DNA of 64,000 nucleotides from Massalongia carnosa (Eukaryota), in NCBI GenBank assembly GCA_965645245.1, contig OZ287082.1, positions 744,001 to 808,000 of the forward strand, given 5' to 3'. The stretch's first letter is position 1. Each line of letters begins with the position of its first letter. The translations under genes were made by a program, and so were the position numbers. This document shows positions 10,132 to 22,714 of the stretch, one piece after another. The notes beneath the pieces were generated by a model, which searched no databases, was not told the DNA's origin, and saw nothing but the letters and a program-made list of their open reading frames with translations.

Positions 10132-12869
10132 ATGTTGTTTCCGGAACGAAATGACTGGAAAACGGATAAAATTGTATATCCGGAAGTTATTCTGCGATCG
10201 CAACATGACATGATAACTCATGTTCCTCCGAATCCTGCTGTAAGTTTATGATGATATAGGGTATCATGTCACTTAGAAAATGTATTCAATTGCAAAATAG
10301 ACAGCAAGATTATTGTGTTATCAAAAATTTATCGTCCGGGTCATCAAGTATGACCTTTTCCGCTAATTTCGAAAGTCGTAAGTTTTAGAAAATTTAGGAA
10401 AAGTTTTCAATTTTTCGATTTCAATCCTGAAATTAAATAGATAATTTTGTATTGCATACGTGGTTTTAAATTTACAACCTTTTACGAATTGTATCGATCG
10501 TAAAAACTTGAAACCGGTTCCAAAATCTCAGTTCTGAGATGGCACGGTCTCGTTCAATAGTAACCACGATTCGCACGGGGCAAGAAACATCAATAAGAAA
10601 AGCCCTAGAAGCATGGATCAGTCAGCAAGGCATAGAATGGTCATGGTCAGCAAAGAATACCCCTGAGCAAAATGGCGTTTAGGAGCTTTTCGGAGCCCTA
10701 TTAACTGAAAAAGCTCGATGCATCAGGGAATATGCAAAATTTCCAGAAGACCTGTATCCGGAGTGCTATTTAGTTGCAGCCTATCTGATGAATCGAACCC
10801 CTAATAAAGCTCTGGAATGGGACTCCCCATTGGTCAAATTGCAGAAACTGACCAATCCGGGTCAATCAGTCAGATACGAGCTGGTTCATTTAAAAGTGTT
10901 TAGTTGCAAGGCGTATCCATCGCTAAAAGGGGCCGATGCTCCTCCCAAAAGCAATAAGTGGAAACCTAGGGCATTTGTTGGCCATTTGGTCGGCTATGAT
11001 TCAATCAATATCTTCAGGATATGGAATCCAGAAAAGGGAGATGTCATCGGTTATAGAGACGTAATATTCAACGAAGATGAGCTTTATAGCGCCTATACGT
11101 CGAATAAGGAGCTATTGCTAAAGGAGACTGAAAAAGGGAGCTTTATAGAGTTCCATGTAATTGAACCACGCCCCGCATTTCAGGAGATAGATAGTGAGGA
11201 AGAAGAATGGCTAGACTTATCAGTCAATAAGCGTATAGAGCAGTTGACTATAGAAGATAACTCACCATGTCAGGACGAAATACAGGAGTAAATAACTCCC
11301 TCATCAACGCCCATGCAACTGGAATCGCCGATAGAAACACCTGAACCAGATATCAGCCCTAATGTCTCCATAGATAAAAGAAGGGCCAAAAAGGTGAGGG
11401 CATCAACAATCGACCCTCCACAACTTCCGCAAACGGGCCGTACGCCCCTTAATGTGACGGAAATAGAGCAATCATCAGGAAAAAGGAGCGATAGGATAAA
11501 TGAGTCAAACGTTATAGAGGGAAAACGTACTAGGAAACAAAACCCTAGATACGCTGCAAATTGAGCTTGGTCAGCAGAAGAAATGTCGAAATTCCCTCAA
11601 TTTCATACAGCGTTTATGGCGGTGACGGCGAAAATGACTAATCAGCTCCGAACTGATGATTTGCCCGACCCCTCATCTCATTGGCGAGCTCTGCTAAGGC
11701 ATCCCTATGCAGATGACTTCATGAAAGCAGCTAACGTTGAATGGGAGGCACTTTTCCACAAAGAAACATGGGAAATAGTCGATCAAGATGAGGCTATACA
11801 GCCAATATTGCCCCTCAAATTGGGTTTCACCTATAAGACTGATTCGGACGGCTATTTGGCAAAGTTCAAAGCACGTCTAGCGGTTAGAGGTGACCTACAG
11901 CAAGATAATGCTCAAGATGTTTATGCAGCTACACTAGCCTTCAAGGTATTTAGGGCATTAATGGCATTAGTTGCTGCATTCGGGCTGAAAACGAGGCAGT
12001 TGGACGCTATTAACGCCTTTCTAAACGCTCACAATGACGAGCCTATTTACTGCTTTTTGCCTGATGGTTTTAAGCTTAGAAAGAAGGTGCTAAAAGTGAA
12101 AAAAGCGCTATATGGCCAAAGAAAATCACCCCTTCTATGGCTACGAATGCTAATAGGCCAATGCATAGAACTAGGGTTAAAACAGGTGCCATGCGAACCA
12201 TGCCTATTCTATACGGAGGGAATCATACTATTCTTCTATATGGACGATATAGTAATGGCGTATCGGCCCGAAAAAGAAGCCGAAGTCGAGGAATATTTTT
12301 AACGTTTCATGAAGATGATCGAAATAAGGGATATGGGTCCATTAACCTATTTTCTAGGCGTACGGGTCATTCATAAAATAGAAGAAAAGACGATCCACTT
12401 GATTCAGGACTCCTATATGAAACAAATTAGCCAAGGAATATGACATAGATGAAAAGTCGGAGGCTAAAACACCTCTAACGCCCATATTCAATGAAGAACT
12501 GGCGCCATCTGAGGGGGAGGTAGATCTGGCCCGAATGCATCTATATAGGAAGAAAGTTGGATCAATATGCTACCCAGCTATTATGACTCGGCCAGATATA
12601 GCAAAATCAGCTTCAAAATTAGCGGAATATCTGACCAACCCGGGTCCTAGTCATATGAGGGCTGCAGACCATTGCCTACGTTATCTATATGGGAGGAAAT
12701 ATCTGGGAATCCAGTACTCGGCCAAAGGGGGCGGTGAAATCACTACTATGGCAAATCATGGACCGGTCCCGGCTAATAAGCAGGTTTCTGAGGTAATAGC
12801 TGATGCATCCTATGCAAATAACCCAGATAGGAAAAGCTCCGAGGGCTATACATTCAAGCTATTTGGTGG

Positions 12870-13360
12870 TGTCACGGACAAGGTCCAGATAGGGAGATAT
12901 ACAAGAGTTACTATTTAGAAAGCTAGGTCTAGGGATAGTATACAAGACGTCCGACGAAGAGCTCCAAACACATGAGAAACCACATAGGTTTTATAGCCAT
13001 GGCTTCCATCTCCCCTATTATTGACTTGCCCTCATCTCTGTTCCTGTTCTAATTTCCTAACCATGATCGCTTTGACCTGTTCCGCCTTTCTCCATGCCGA
13101 AGCAATCTCTCTCTGCTGGGCAATCCCTGTCGTAGGCTTGGATAGTGGAGACGTTGAGATTGGATTCGGGATATAAGAGTTTGGGAGTGCACTGAAGGCA
13201 GCGGAAGAACGTCTGAACACATGGGGCGAGGTTTCAGGATAGTTCGGAATAACGGGCCACGGTTCTATTCAACATGCAGGGCAGGTTTCACGGCAAGAGA
13301 GCCTGTTTAAATACTAACCCGATCAGGAAACGTGGGAGGGTGCGAGGTAATTCCATGACA
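12870..13360. mobile_element. Solo LTR (491 bp) in Copia RNase H
   Basis: TGTCAC...ATGACA; TSD GGTGG; RNase H reading KLFGG|IIDWAARKQ resumes after it. Confidence 0.92.
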
Positions 13361-13913
13361 GGTGGGATAATTGACTGGGCCGCTAGGAAGCAACTGACCG
13401 TGACCACGTTAACCACTGAGGCCAAGTTATTGTCTATGCTTTATGCGGGTAAAGAGCTCATGTGGTGGATATATCTATTTGAAAAGGTACAATTTAACCC
13501 GGATCAAGATATAGTTATCTATAACGATAACCTACAGACAATTCGCATTTTAACCTCCGAAATGGGAAAAACTGACACTAAATTGAGGCATATAGACATT
13601 GCCCAATGCTGGCTTACGCAATCTGTGCAAAGGGGGGAATTATGTGTTGACTATGTGCCGACCAATCAGATGGTCGCAGATGGTTTAACCAAGATCCTAC
13701 CTCCTTAAAAGCATCAACATTTCGTCAACCTATTAGGGCTAGTCAATGTCATGGACCTAGTCAACAATCAGAAGAAATTGGCCAATCAGAAGAAGGGAAA
13801 TAGGGCCACAAATTGAATCGGCCAAAATCACTAGAAATCAAGGTAAAATATGGGAATTTTCACCTATTATAGGTTTTTCGGTCATGGCAGTTTTGGTCAA
13901 AGCTGGGGGGGTG

Positions 13914-14047
13914 TGTCAGGCGATTAGGGGTCACATGACCCGCCATGGGTCACATGACCCACGAACCCCTATGAGATATCCCTCAGTTAGCTAGCCTAGA
14001 CCTCCCATAGATCAATAAATACCACTCCTTTTCATCCATATTCCACA
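13914..14047 (+). repeat. Copia 3' LTR (~134 bp)
   Basis: TGTCAGG directly after the PPT; ends TTCCACA; contains AATAAA. Confidence 0.7.
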
Positions 14048-14782
14048 TTAGCCTATAAAGCTTGATACTTTACAATAAAACTCTATATTGTCCCCTGATT
14101 GTGCAGCAGCCATGGCTTTCTCTAATTGAAGCTTTTCTAGCTTTATTTGCCAGATTTTTACCTTATTGTTTCTTTCAGTCAACCCAAATTCCGTCTCCGC
14201 TTTTCGTATTCCAAGAGTCATATCTTCATGCCTTGATTTATACAAATCAACCAGATCAAGATAGAGTACGTCGAGAGGTATCGTGCTTGATGTTTGACAG
14301 GTATCCAACTCTAGATTTGTATTATAGTCAGACTTCGAGATCTCTGATAATTCAATATTATTAAGAGACAATGGATCGCAAGAAGCCGACGTCAAGGATT
14401 CCGTAAATTTGCGACAAGTACTATCCCTCAGGTCCTCCGGACTTTGTACTAACTGATGATTTGTTGAAAGAAAATTTTCTAATTCTGAGTGAGCCAAGTT
14501 TCTTTCACTCAATGTGATCAATTCATCATCTTGAGCGAGTGATGGTTTTGATGCTGAAGTTTCCGTAGAAAGATGTGATATGTCTAAAACGGAATCGGCC
14601 GTTAAATCAAAGCACTGTTGCCAGTTTTCTTCAGTGTTTGCCTTTTGAAAATTAGAATCGATTTCGAGAAAATCCCAAACAGAATTGTTGGCGTCAGGAT
14701 TAGTGTCGACATTATATGATTGAGAGAAGAGATCATCTGTAGAAAATCTTAGTTCAAATATGCTCTTAATGATATAATGCAC
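14048..14782 (-). CDS. Uncharacterised 244-aa acidic Ser/Thr-rich ORF with C-terminal coiled-coil-like segment; possibly a pseudogene fragment
   Basis: Long ORF in AT-rich DNA outside recognisable elements; no motif recognised. Confidence 0.4.
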   Translation of the reverse strand: MHYIIKSIFELRFSTDDLFSQSYNVDTNPDANNSVWDFLEIDSNFQKANTEENWQQCFDLTADSVLDISHLSTETSASKPSLAQDDELITLSERNLAHSELENFLSTNHQLVQSPEDLRDSTCRKFTESLTSASCDPLSLNNIELSEISKSDYNTNLELDTCQTSSTIPLDVLYLDLVDLYKSRHEDMTLGIRKAETEFGLTERNNKVKIWQIKLEKLQLEKAMAAAQSGDNIEFYCKVSSFIG

Positions 14783-15711
14783 ATATCTTACACTCTGCCA
14801 GTTCCAAAATATGTTTTCCGGTATTCATGTTATTTGAAACTCCTTGATACATATTGAGGTAATAATGCTCAGCCGTTACTGATATAGAAAATGAAGAATA
14901 TTTTCTGGCTGCGAAGCTGTCATCATACTTTAGGCAATTGCTGACATGTAATCTATATCAAAAACTCTTGTTCGTTGATATTACTTAGCAGGGAATAAAG
15001 CTAATTCAATAACTTTATCCTTCTTCTTTGGAGCAAATAGATACATGTCGAATAACTGACGTTATTAACTAAAGGGCTTTAAGCCTTTCTAGATTCAACA
15101 TATCGTGTAATACTCGTAAGATTGTCAGGGTCCTGGCCGGCCATGAAATAATGTGCCTATTATAAGTATTAGAGCTAGCTGCCTGACATGTAGGTCATCG
15201 TGCTTATCGTGAATATCGTGTCAGAGTGAAGTGTCAAGGACTGGGTTGGGAATTGAACTAATGTTCCTAGGAATTGGATTGGATGATCAAGATGTCTTTA
15301 TTAATGAGGCTATAGCTAGGAGGTGGTTTGCTATACAAGACGTCGGACGAGGAGTTAGCTATCTACTGGATATGTCCTTTTTTTATACCTGAGCCAGCCC
15401 CTTCTTTTTCATGTTTTACCTTCACCCCAGATGAGAGATTTGGTGATAGTGGCGGCGATAAGGTAGAGCGATAAGTGGGCCAGTGGATGTGATCGTTCTA
15501 GTGATAAGAGGGTATAGTGGAGTGATGAGATTGGTGGAGTGGAGTAAGGGGTTTATTCAGACTCATACCGAAGATGAATCTGAATAGGCTTTCAGGTGGC
15601 TTTTACCTCGATCGCCGCTTGGCGGTTCGGGGTAATCAATTAGGTTTTAACTCCAACTTTATTTCATGACAGTAGCTTCCCCTTCGAAGGCTGAGCTCCT
15701 GCGATGCTGGT

Positions 15712-18700
15712 TCAGTCATGACACTGACATCGAGGAATGAGACAAGGGATTATGTGAGGCCCTATGGCATGAGGGTAAGCTTCATGAAATTCATCGATTG
15801 CTTGCTGACAATTGGTTAGCAGGTTAAAAGGTTCCCATGTCATAGGATGTCCTTCCCAATTCACAAGATATTTGAGGAGCGGTGGTTGATAACGTCGATC
15901 CGTCTTTGAGTTGAGAATACTGTTGACATACACCTCGCGTTGACCGTCTGTACCGACTATAGGGTTTCGAGGTTCGTGAAGTTGGCCAGGAAGAGGATCG
16001 TCTGCATCGTGCTGCAGAAGGTTGACATGAAAAACGGGATGAACTTGTAGCGTGTCGGGAAGTTCAAGCTGAACGATAAGAGGATTGGAAAATACTTTGG
16101 TGACCCTATAGGGGCCGGCGTGTCGATCATTCAGTTTGGCTGCCGGTCGGGCTGTCTGAATGTTTCGAGTATTTAACCATACCATATCATCCACGAGATA
16201 GCGGGGGCACCGGCGACGATTCTCGTTAGCGGTGGCTTCGTAGGAGGCTTGTGCGATTAACATTTCGTCATGAAGATGAGCATCTACATCCTTCATCTTA
16301 TCCACGAACTGATTAGCGGCAACTAGGTTGGCTCTTCCTTGAGCGGTCAGATCATGGGGTAGAGGTTCTTCGGGCTCGAATCCTACTCGAGGATGTTGTC
16401 CGTGATTGGCTAGGAAGGGAGAAGCGAGGATACTGGAGGAGTCGGTGTTGTTGCTAGCGAATTCAGCACCTGGTAAGTACTGAGCCTAGTCGTCTTGCAT
16501 ATAATTGACATAGGCTCGATGATAGTGCTCCATGGTCGCATTAACCCTTTCGGTTTGGCCGTCGGTTTCAGGGTGAAAGCTGGTAGATAACCTAGCATCA
16601 ATCTTAAGACGTTTACACATGAGTTCCCAGAAGTCGGAGGTGAACTGAGTGCCTCGATCGGAAGTCAAGGTGTCGGGGAGTCCGTGTAATTTCCACACGT
16701 TCTGATAGAAGGAGTTGGCAGCTTCTTCTGCCTCCATGGAGTTGGTAGGGACAAAGTGTCGCATCTTGGAGAGACGGTCGATGAAGACCAGAACATATCG
16801 ATAGGTGACACCCATAAAGGTACTAGGAGGCAGTGGTCCTACATAGTCCATAGAGACATCACGCCATCGACGTTCAGGCGGGTATAGAGGGCGCAGCCAG
16901 CCTTGATATCGTTGACGGGACGGTTTGGATCGCTTACAGGTGTGACAGTTGCGAAAGAATCTTTTTACGGTTTGATGCATATTGGGCCACCAGTACGATC
17001 GACTCATCAACTCATAATACTTGGAGCGGCCAGGATTACAACCCGCTACACTGTCGTGGGCATGCTGGATGAGACGAAGTCTCAGGCGATGTGACTTGGG
17101 TACGTACTTGCGATCGCGAAAATAAAGAACTCCATCTCTATTCTCACACTCGGCTAGCTGAATTTTAGGATGATGACGGACGTTGTCATGGAGTGCGTCT
17201 AGGCTTTTTGATGTGAATTGATCTCGAAGTTGAGCCTGTTCCCATAACAGTTGAGTGGGGACATCTAGAGGGTCTTGATCGGGATCGACTTGATCGGTAG
17301 GTTGATCCAACTGGGGTTCGTCAGCTCGGTCGGGTTCGATGAACGTAGGGGCTAGCATTATGGTGGAGAGGAAGCTTGCTGCAACTTTATCATCTAGGTT
17401 GTGAGTTTTCAGTATGGTTTGATGCTGGTATTTTTGTCTTTCGTCGGTTTCATCCCCCTCTTTAGGGAGATCTCCTGATCGACGAGTTAATGCATCTGGC
17501 TTTCCTCCAGCTTTTCCGGGTCGATAGACTATTTTAAAGTCAAAACGAGACAAGAATTCAGACCAACGGGCCTGTCTGCGACTGAGCTGCTTGGTGGAAG
17601 CGAAGTATTCCAAGTTTTTATGGTCTGAAATTACGCTAATGGGAAAAGCAGAGCCTTCCAACTCGGGTCTCCATTCTTCAAAGCAACGGACGATGGCCAT
17701 TAACTCTTTGTCGTAGATCTCGTAGTTGCATTCGGCCGGATAGTGTTTTTTGGAGAAGTAGGCGATGGGGCGCAGCACGTTTTCATCATCATATTGCGAG
17801 AGAATACCAGCGGAGACATAATCGGAAGCGTCAGTTTCGACGATGATGGGTTTGTCAGGGTTGAAATGCAGAAGCACTTTTTCGGAGGTAAAAGCCTTTT
17901 TGAGAGTATTGAAAGCTTGCTGACATCGATCAGTCCAGTTGAACTCGACTTCCTTCTTGGTTAGATTCGTTAGTGGACCGGCTATATTACTGAAGCCATA
18001 GATGAATCTTCTATAGAAGTTAGCGAATCCCAAAAAGCTTTGAACATCCTTCATGTTGATCGGGGTTGGCCAGTTGGTTACGGTTTCGACTTTGGCAGGA
18101 TCCATTCTGATACCCTCGGTGGTTACGATTAATCCTAGATATGCAACTTCTTTAACATGGAATTTGGATTTGGTGATGTCGCATTGTAGCCCGTTTTCTA
18201 TCAATTTGTTGAGAACTCTTCTGACATGGATGTCGTGTTCGTCTTCGATTTCACTATAGATAAGGATATCATCGAGATAGGCTGTACAGAATTCGTCAAG
18301 AAATTCTCGAAGAATGTCGTTGATGAAATGTTGAAAAGAGGCGGGTCCGTTGCACAGACCGAAAGGCAAGACCAGGGATTCGAATAGGCCGAAACGAGTT
18401 CGAAAGGCGGTGAGTTCCTCATCCCCCTCTTTGATTCGAAGGCGATTAAAGGCTGCAATGATATCTAACTTGGTGAATATCTTGGCCCTGGCTAATCGAT
18501 GCAGGGTTTCAGCAATCAGGGGAAGTGGATATCGATTTTTTACGGTGACTGCATTGAGACCTCGATAGTCCACGCAAAAGCGAAGTCCTCCTCCCGGCAT
18601 TTTTACGAACATAACCGGGGACGCGGCGGGCGATTTGCTCGCTCGAATGAAACCTTTAGCCAGGTTCTCATCCAGATAGCGACGAAGTTCTTGAATCTCA

Positions 18701-19818
18701 TCACGGCTCATGCCGTAAAGAGCTTGATTGGGTGCCTGAAAGCCTTCTTTTAGCTTGATGGCATGGTCATAGGGTCGATGATCGGCTAAGACGTCAGAGT
18801 CTTTTTTTGAAAAGGCGTGCAATAGGTCGTGGTATTGCTTGGGAAGGAGGAGGGCTGGATCGACGTTTTTCTGCTTGCGATATTCGTCTAATTCTTGGGC
18901 GGTCACTGATGTCTGCAGTGTCAGGGCTTGGTTCATGTGAAACAGGGCTAGATGAAGTTCCTTTTCACTAGGACTGCGACGCGGGTTGGGTTGATAGGTT
19001 GGTTTCAGTTTATTCAGACTGCTATGGCGACTGAATTCGGTTGCGGATTGGATTTCGGTTTTAGGTTCGGTTGGGGTCTCTCCGAGGTAGCGATCGATTT
19101 CTTTCAAGGAGAGGCTAAACATCTCGTGGTTTTCTTTGCGTCCGAGACAATTGAAGTTCATGGCGCTTATATCGCAGATGTCCATGACTGAGGGTTTGAT
19201 TTTTTGCTGAGCGGCGCGTCTTTCCACCGAAGTTCGTTTGGAGGAGGGGCTTCGGTATCGAATTTTTGGTGGGTTGCCTTGTTCAATCGCTTTTTCAATG
19301 CGACTGACGTCTTTCATCTCCTCTTTCACGGAGGTCTCCTGGCCGACGTTTTCGGGCGTGGTTGTGATTGTTGAGGTTTCAATTGAGGTTTCAATTGAGG
19401 CTGGATTTATTTCCTCGGATTTCCATACCTCCTGACTTTCAGCAGGCGAAAGAAATTCTTCCTCAATATGAGCTTGTACTTTGACCGGACGAGGAGAGCA
19501 GTGAGCGAGGCAGAAAGGAGACGCCAATGATAGAGAGTTGGTGTTGAAATCGATATGGGCTTGATGCCGACGCAGCCACGGGTGTCCGAGAACAATGGGG
19601 TATGTTTTCAATCCAGTTACGAAGAGAAACATTTTTTCCGTGTGTCCGTTTAGATCCATGATTACTTCGGCCGCATGAGTGATGTTTCCAGTCAGGGCCG
19701 GTTGACCGTCAAAACCTTCGAGGCGTCGAGCGTATTTCAGAGGATGAAGAGGGATTTGATTAGTTTGCGCGAATTTCTTGTCAATGAATGCATAGCCGGA
19801 TGCACCACAGTCAATCAA
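15712..19818 (-). pseudogene. pol: Gypsy-1 Pol (protease, RT, RNase H, integrase, chromodomain), with a stop near 16486
   Basis: IDCGA, LRFCVDYRGLN, PFGL, YLDD, VETDAS, FHPETDGQTER, GPY, VHPVFHVNLL, chromodomain YLVNWEG..TWEP. Confidence 0.95.
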
Positions 19819-20026
19819 ATCTAAGAGTTTGAATTCGAGATCTACCGAGACGTAAAGTACATGAAACCACTAAGTGGCTATCTCTAAACGCCTCTTCAGA
19901 CTCAAATTGCTCCAAAGCGGTTGCTGCAGAAAAGCGAGTGTTTGATCGGAGGGGGGGAGAAAAAGAATTGGCTAGCAGACAAGAAGAAATGAGAAATGGT
20001 TCCTGCCGCGCGACGATGCGCAGGAC

Positions 20027-21184
20027 CTAGGCTTTTTTCGAGTCTTCGAGCTTGGAAATGGAGGTCGTATCTGATGAGCGAAGACTGGTTTTCTTATTAG
20101 GACAGTCGATGGCTGTCTTCCCCGGGTGTTTTTGATTGCAATAATGGCAGAGATTCCATTTATCACAGATATCCCTCACCCCTTCGTTTTTCAGAGATTT
20201 ACCTTTGACGGCTGCCATAGCCTGGCTTAGGTCCATGGGATCTCCGATAGAAGAAGTTGGAACTGGTGCGGAAGGGATATCCGGTGTGCGAGCAAGGGGT
20301 GCGGCGAGAGTGATGGTCGCGTTATCCTTTCGCTGAGACGAGGTGGTTGTGGATGTCTGGATAGTCCTGTTGTTGGGAGCCAGGTGTTTGATCTGGCGAA
20401 TTTTCCGATCGGTATTCAACCACATTGCGACATGTTGATCGAAGGTGACTGGTTCCAGGTTGGTTCCGGGGACTCGATAGTGGACGGCGGCGGCTTGAAT
20501 GACATAATTGATGTTGGACTTCATGGCATCAATTAGAGAAGCATCCTCCATTTTGGAGCGATCCTTTTTCTGGGCGAATAGGTTATAGTACTCTTCGAAA
20601 CTCAGAGTACCCTGTTTAAGGGTTTCGCGAAGATACTTGCGAGCATCTTCCTGCTCGAAGGGGTTACCGCAAGCCTTACGAAGAGCGGTACGCCATTCGA
20701 AGAAGGTCTTCAGCGTGCAGATGCCGTCTAATCGATAGGCGTTCATGAGGTTGTGAGCTCTTTTCCCAATGGTGAGTCGGTTCTCCGCATAGGCGATCTT
20801 GGCGACGTCGGTTGGATAACGATCATGATTAACATGCATTCGTTGGATCAGGCTTTGTTCCCAGGAGTCCAATTTGGCTTCCTCACCATCGTATTCGGAG
20901 ATGTCAGGGAGCTTCTCGGAATGGATATCGACGGGTTTCTTGGCTAAGAGGATCTTCATCACCTCAGCCAGCTGAGAGTCCAAGGTGGGATTGATAGCGG
21001 GAGCGGGGACGGGAGTGGGGATAGGAGCCTGAGTCGACAAAGCATTGATTCGTCGATGAAGTTCCGCATTCTCGGCTTGCATGCGAGCGATGGTATCAAC
21101 GAGTCCTTGAGGGTTGTCGTTGATATGTCCTTGAAGATATTCTGCGGCGGTTTGAGTTGATTCGGTATCCATTTGATCAGTCAT
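20027..21184 (-). CDS. gag: Gypsy-1 Gag
   Basis: 385-aa ORF; LKQG motif, GDPMDL, CHYCNQKH..C knuckle. Confidence 0.9.
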   Translation of the reverse strand: MTDQMDTESTQTAAEYLQGHINDNPQGLVDTIARMQAENAELHRRINALSTQAPIPTPVPAPAINPTLDSQLAEVMKILLAKKPVDIHSEKLPDISEYDGEEAKLDSWEQSLIQRMHVNHDRYPTDVAKIAYAENRLTIGKRAHNLMNAYRLDGICTLKTFFEWRTALRKACGNPFEQEDARKYLRETLKQGTLSFEEYYNLFAQKKDRSKMEDASLIDAMKSNINYVIQAAAVHYRVPGTNLEPVTFDQHVAMWLNTDRKIRQIKHLAPNNRTIQTSTTTSSQRKDNATITLAAPLARTPDIPSAPVPTSSIGDPMDLSQAMAAVKGKSLKNEGVRDICDKWNLCHYCNQKHPGKTAIDCPNKKTSLRSSDTTSISKLEDSKKA

Positions 21185-22234
21185 GACGATGGATTATGGG
21201 AGAGGAGATAGATCGAAGAAAAAATGCTTTGGAGGGCACTTATAATGATCAGGTCCGACGTAATGTCAAGGACTGGGTTGGGAATTGAACTAATGTTCCT
21301 AGGAATTGGATTGGATGATCAAGATGTCTTTATTAATGAGGCTATAGCTAGGAGGTGGTTTGCTATACAAGACGTCGGACGAGGAGTCAGCTATCTACTG
21401 GATATGTCCTCTTTTTATACCTGAGCCAGCCCCTTCTTTCTCATGTTTTACCTTCACCCCAGATGAGAGATTTGGTGATAGTGGCGGCGATAAGGTAGAG
21501 CGATAAGTGGGCCAGTGGATGTGATCGTTCTAGCGATAAGAGGGTATAGTGGAGTGAGGAGATTGGTGGAGTGGAGTAAGGGGTTTATTCAGACTCATAC
21601 CGAGGATGAATCTGAATAGGCTTTCAGGTGGCTTTTACCTCGATCGCCGCTTGGCGGTTCGGGGTAATCAATTAGGTTTTAACTCAAACTTTATTTCATG
21701 ACATGAAGTAAATATACATATGAATTACTTGATAACTAGAAAAACTGTTGATGTGAATTGATCACTTGGTGCATGTACGAATATTTTGAAGGGAGACTGC
21801 CTGACGTTTTAGTTATAACACCAACGAAAATGACTATCACCTATGCCTCCCATCAGACAAGATAGATATGGTAATAATTGTGGGGTAAACTAACAATAAT
21901 ATAAAGGTCTATCTATGACTAGCGTATGCTAAGAGTGATAGAGGTAAGGAAATATAATTCTTAAACAAACGACGGAAAAGCAAACATGGGCAGTTTCCTA
22001 TGTATTCTGTCGTTTCTTCCAAGTTTCTTATGCATGGGCAAAATTGGATACCTTGTCTAGTTTCTTATCACCCAAATATCAACTTCACCGTTCCTCTCTA
22101 TAACGCGAAGACCGAAAATAGTACTGCTACAAATATCAGTGAGAGTACAGTAGTTACAAATGAGTTAGGTGATGTAGAGGAAAACAAGTAGTGTAAAGCA
22201 AAGATTTTGTTCCTATCTTACAGCGTTTCGGTCA

Positions 22235-22714
22235 TCATGAGATTTTGCGACAAGATCGTCTCTTAAGGACAATTCTTTTCTTGCTCGCTTTCGTCGACTC
22301 ATCGTCAAAGAAATCAGAAGTCGCGTTGTACAAGGAAGGAGATGCACATATCGATTTGCAAGCTTGAAGAGAGGAGTTCTCAGGCACGATCTGTAACCCG
22401 ATGTTTTGTCTAAGTGCTCGATTTTCCTCTCAAAGGACAGTGTTAAGCTGATTGCTTTCCTGAAGTTTCTTCTCGGCAATTTGCGCTCGGTGGTTCGCAT
22501 CCTCGAAATCTTCCCACATCTTTTGGTAGTTTTCTTAAGCCTTAGAAATGGTTTCGGAATCAAAGATCATCGCTTCGGAGTATACATCTTCCAGAGTATC
22601 TAAAGTAATGGGTCGAGTTTTAGGCTTTTCTTTAAGACGCTTGCAGTGATCTAATGGCTCCTCGGAATCAGAGAAGTCAGCGGCATGGTTGATGGCGCCT
22701 GAAGATCTCTTCAT
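22235..22714 (-). pseudogene. ~159-aa coiled-coil protein pseudogene of unknown function, two in-frame stops
   Basis: Manual translation: MKRSSGAINHAADFSDSEE...SKA*ENYQKMWEDFEDANHRAQIAEKKLQESNQLNTVL*EENRALRQN...KASKKRIVLKRRSCRKIS*. Both stops are explicable as CAA>TAA and CGA>TGA. Confidence 0.5.

Larger units (their letters stand above)
6746..10552 (+). mobile_element. Helitron, internally deleted
   Basis: 5' TC; 3' hairpin ATCTCAG-TT-CTGAGAT then GGCACGGTCTCG; A|T target with no TSD; removing it restores Copia integrase in frame (GISVN|SIVTTIR). Confidence 0.9.
4536..14047 (+). mobile_element. 5'-truncated, degenerate Ty1/Copia element with nested insertions
   Basis: Order gag (CVCGKIHPFRLC knuckle) - protease region - integrase (HFDL, TPEQNG) - RT (FKARLAVRG, YGQRKSP, FYMDDI) - RNase H (IADASY, RHIDIA); PPT AAGCTGGGGGGG at ~13900; 3' LTR 13914-14047; many stops and frameshifts. 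Confidence 0.92.
15232..21703 (-). mobile_element. Full-length Ty3/Gypsy chromovirus (Gypsy-1)
   Basis: 440-bp LTRs at 15232-15671 and 21264-21703 (about 7 differences by eye); TSD TGAAG; PPT next to 15672; gag-PR-RT-RH-INT-chromodomain order. Confidence 0.97.

Noticed and set aside
15123..15188. 66-bp TGTCAGG...CCTGACA mini-element
   Set aside because: No TSD; more likely the start of an old LTR resembling the Gypsy-3 LTR, with its end unresolved.
19920..19990. Splice acceptor for Gypsy-1 pol expression
   Set aside because: A pyrimidine tract and CAG are present, but no donor was identified and the region has decay frameshifts; a -1 signal explains the junction more simply.
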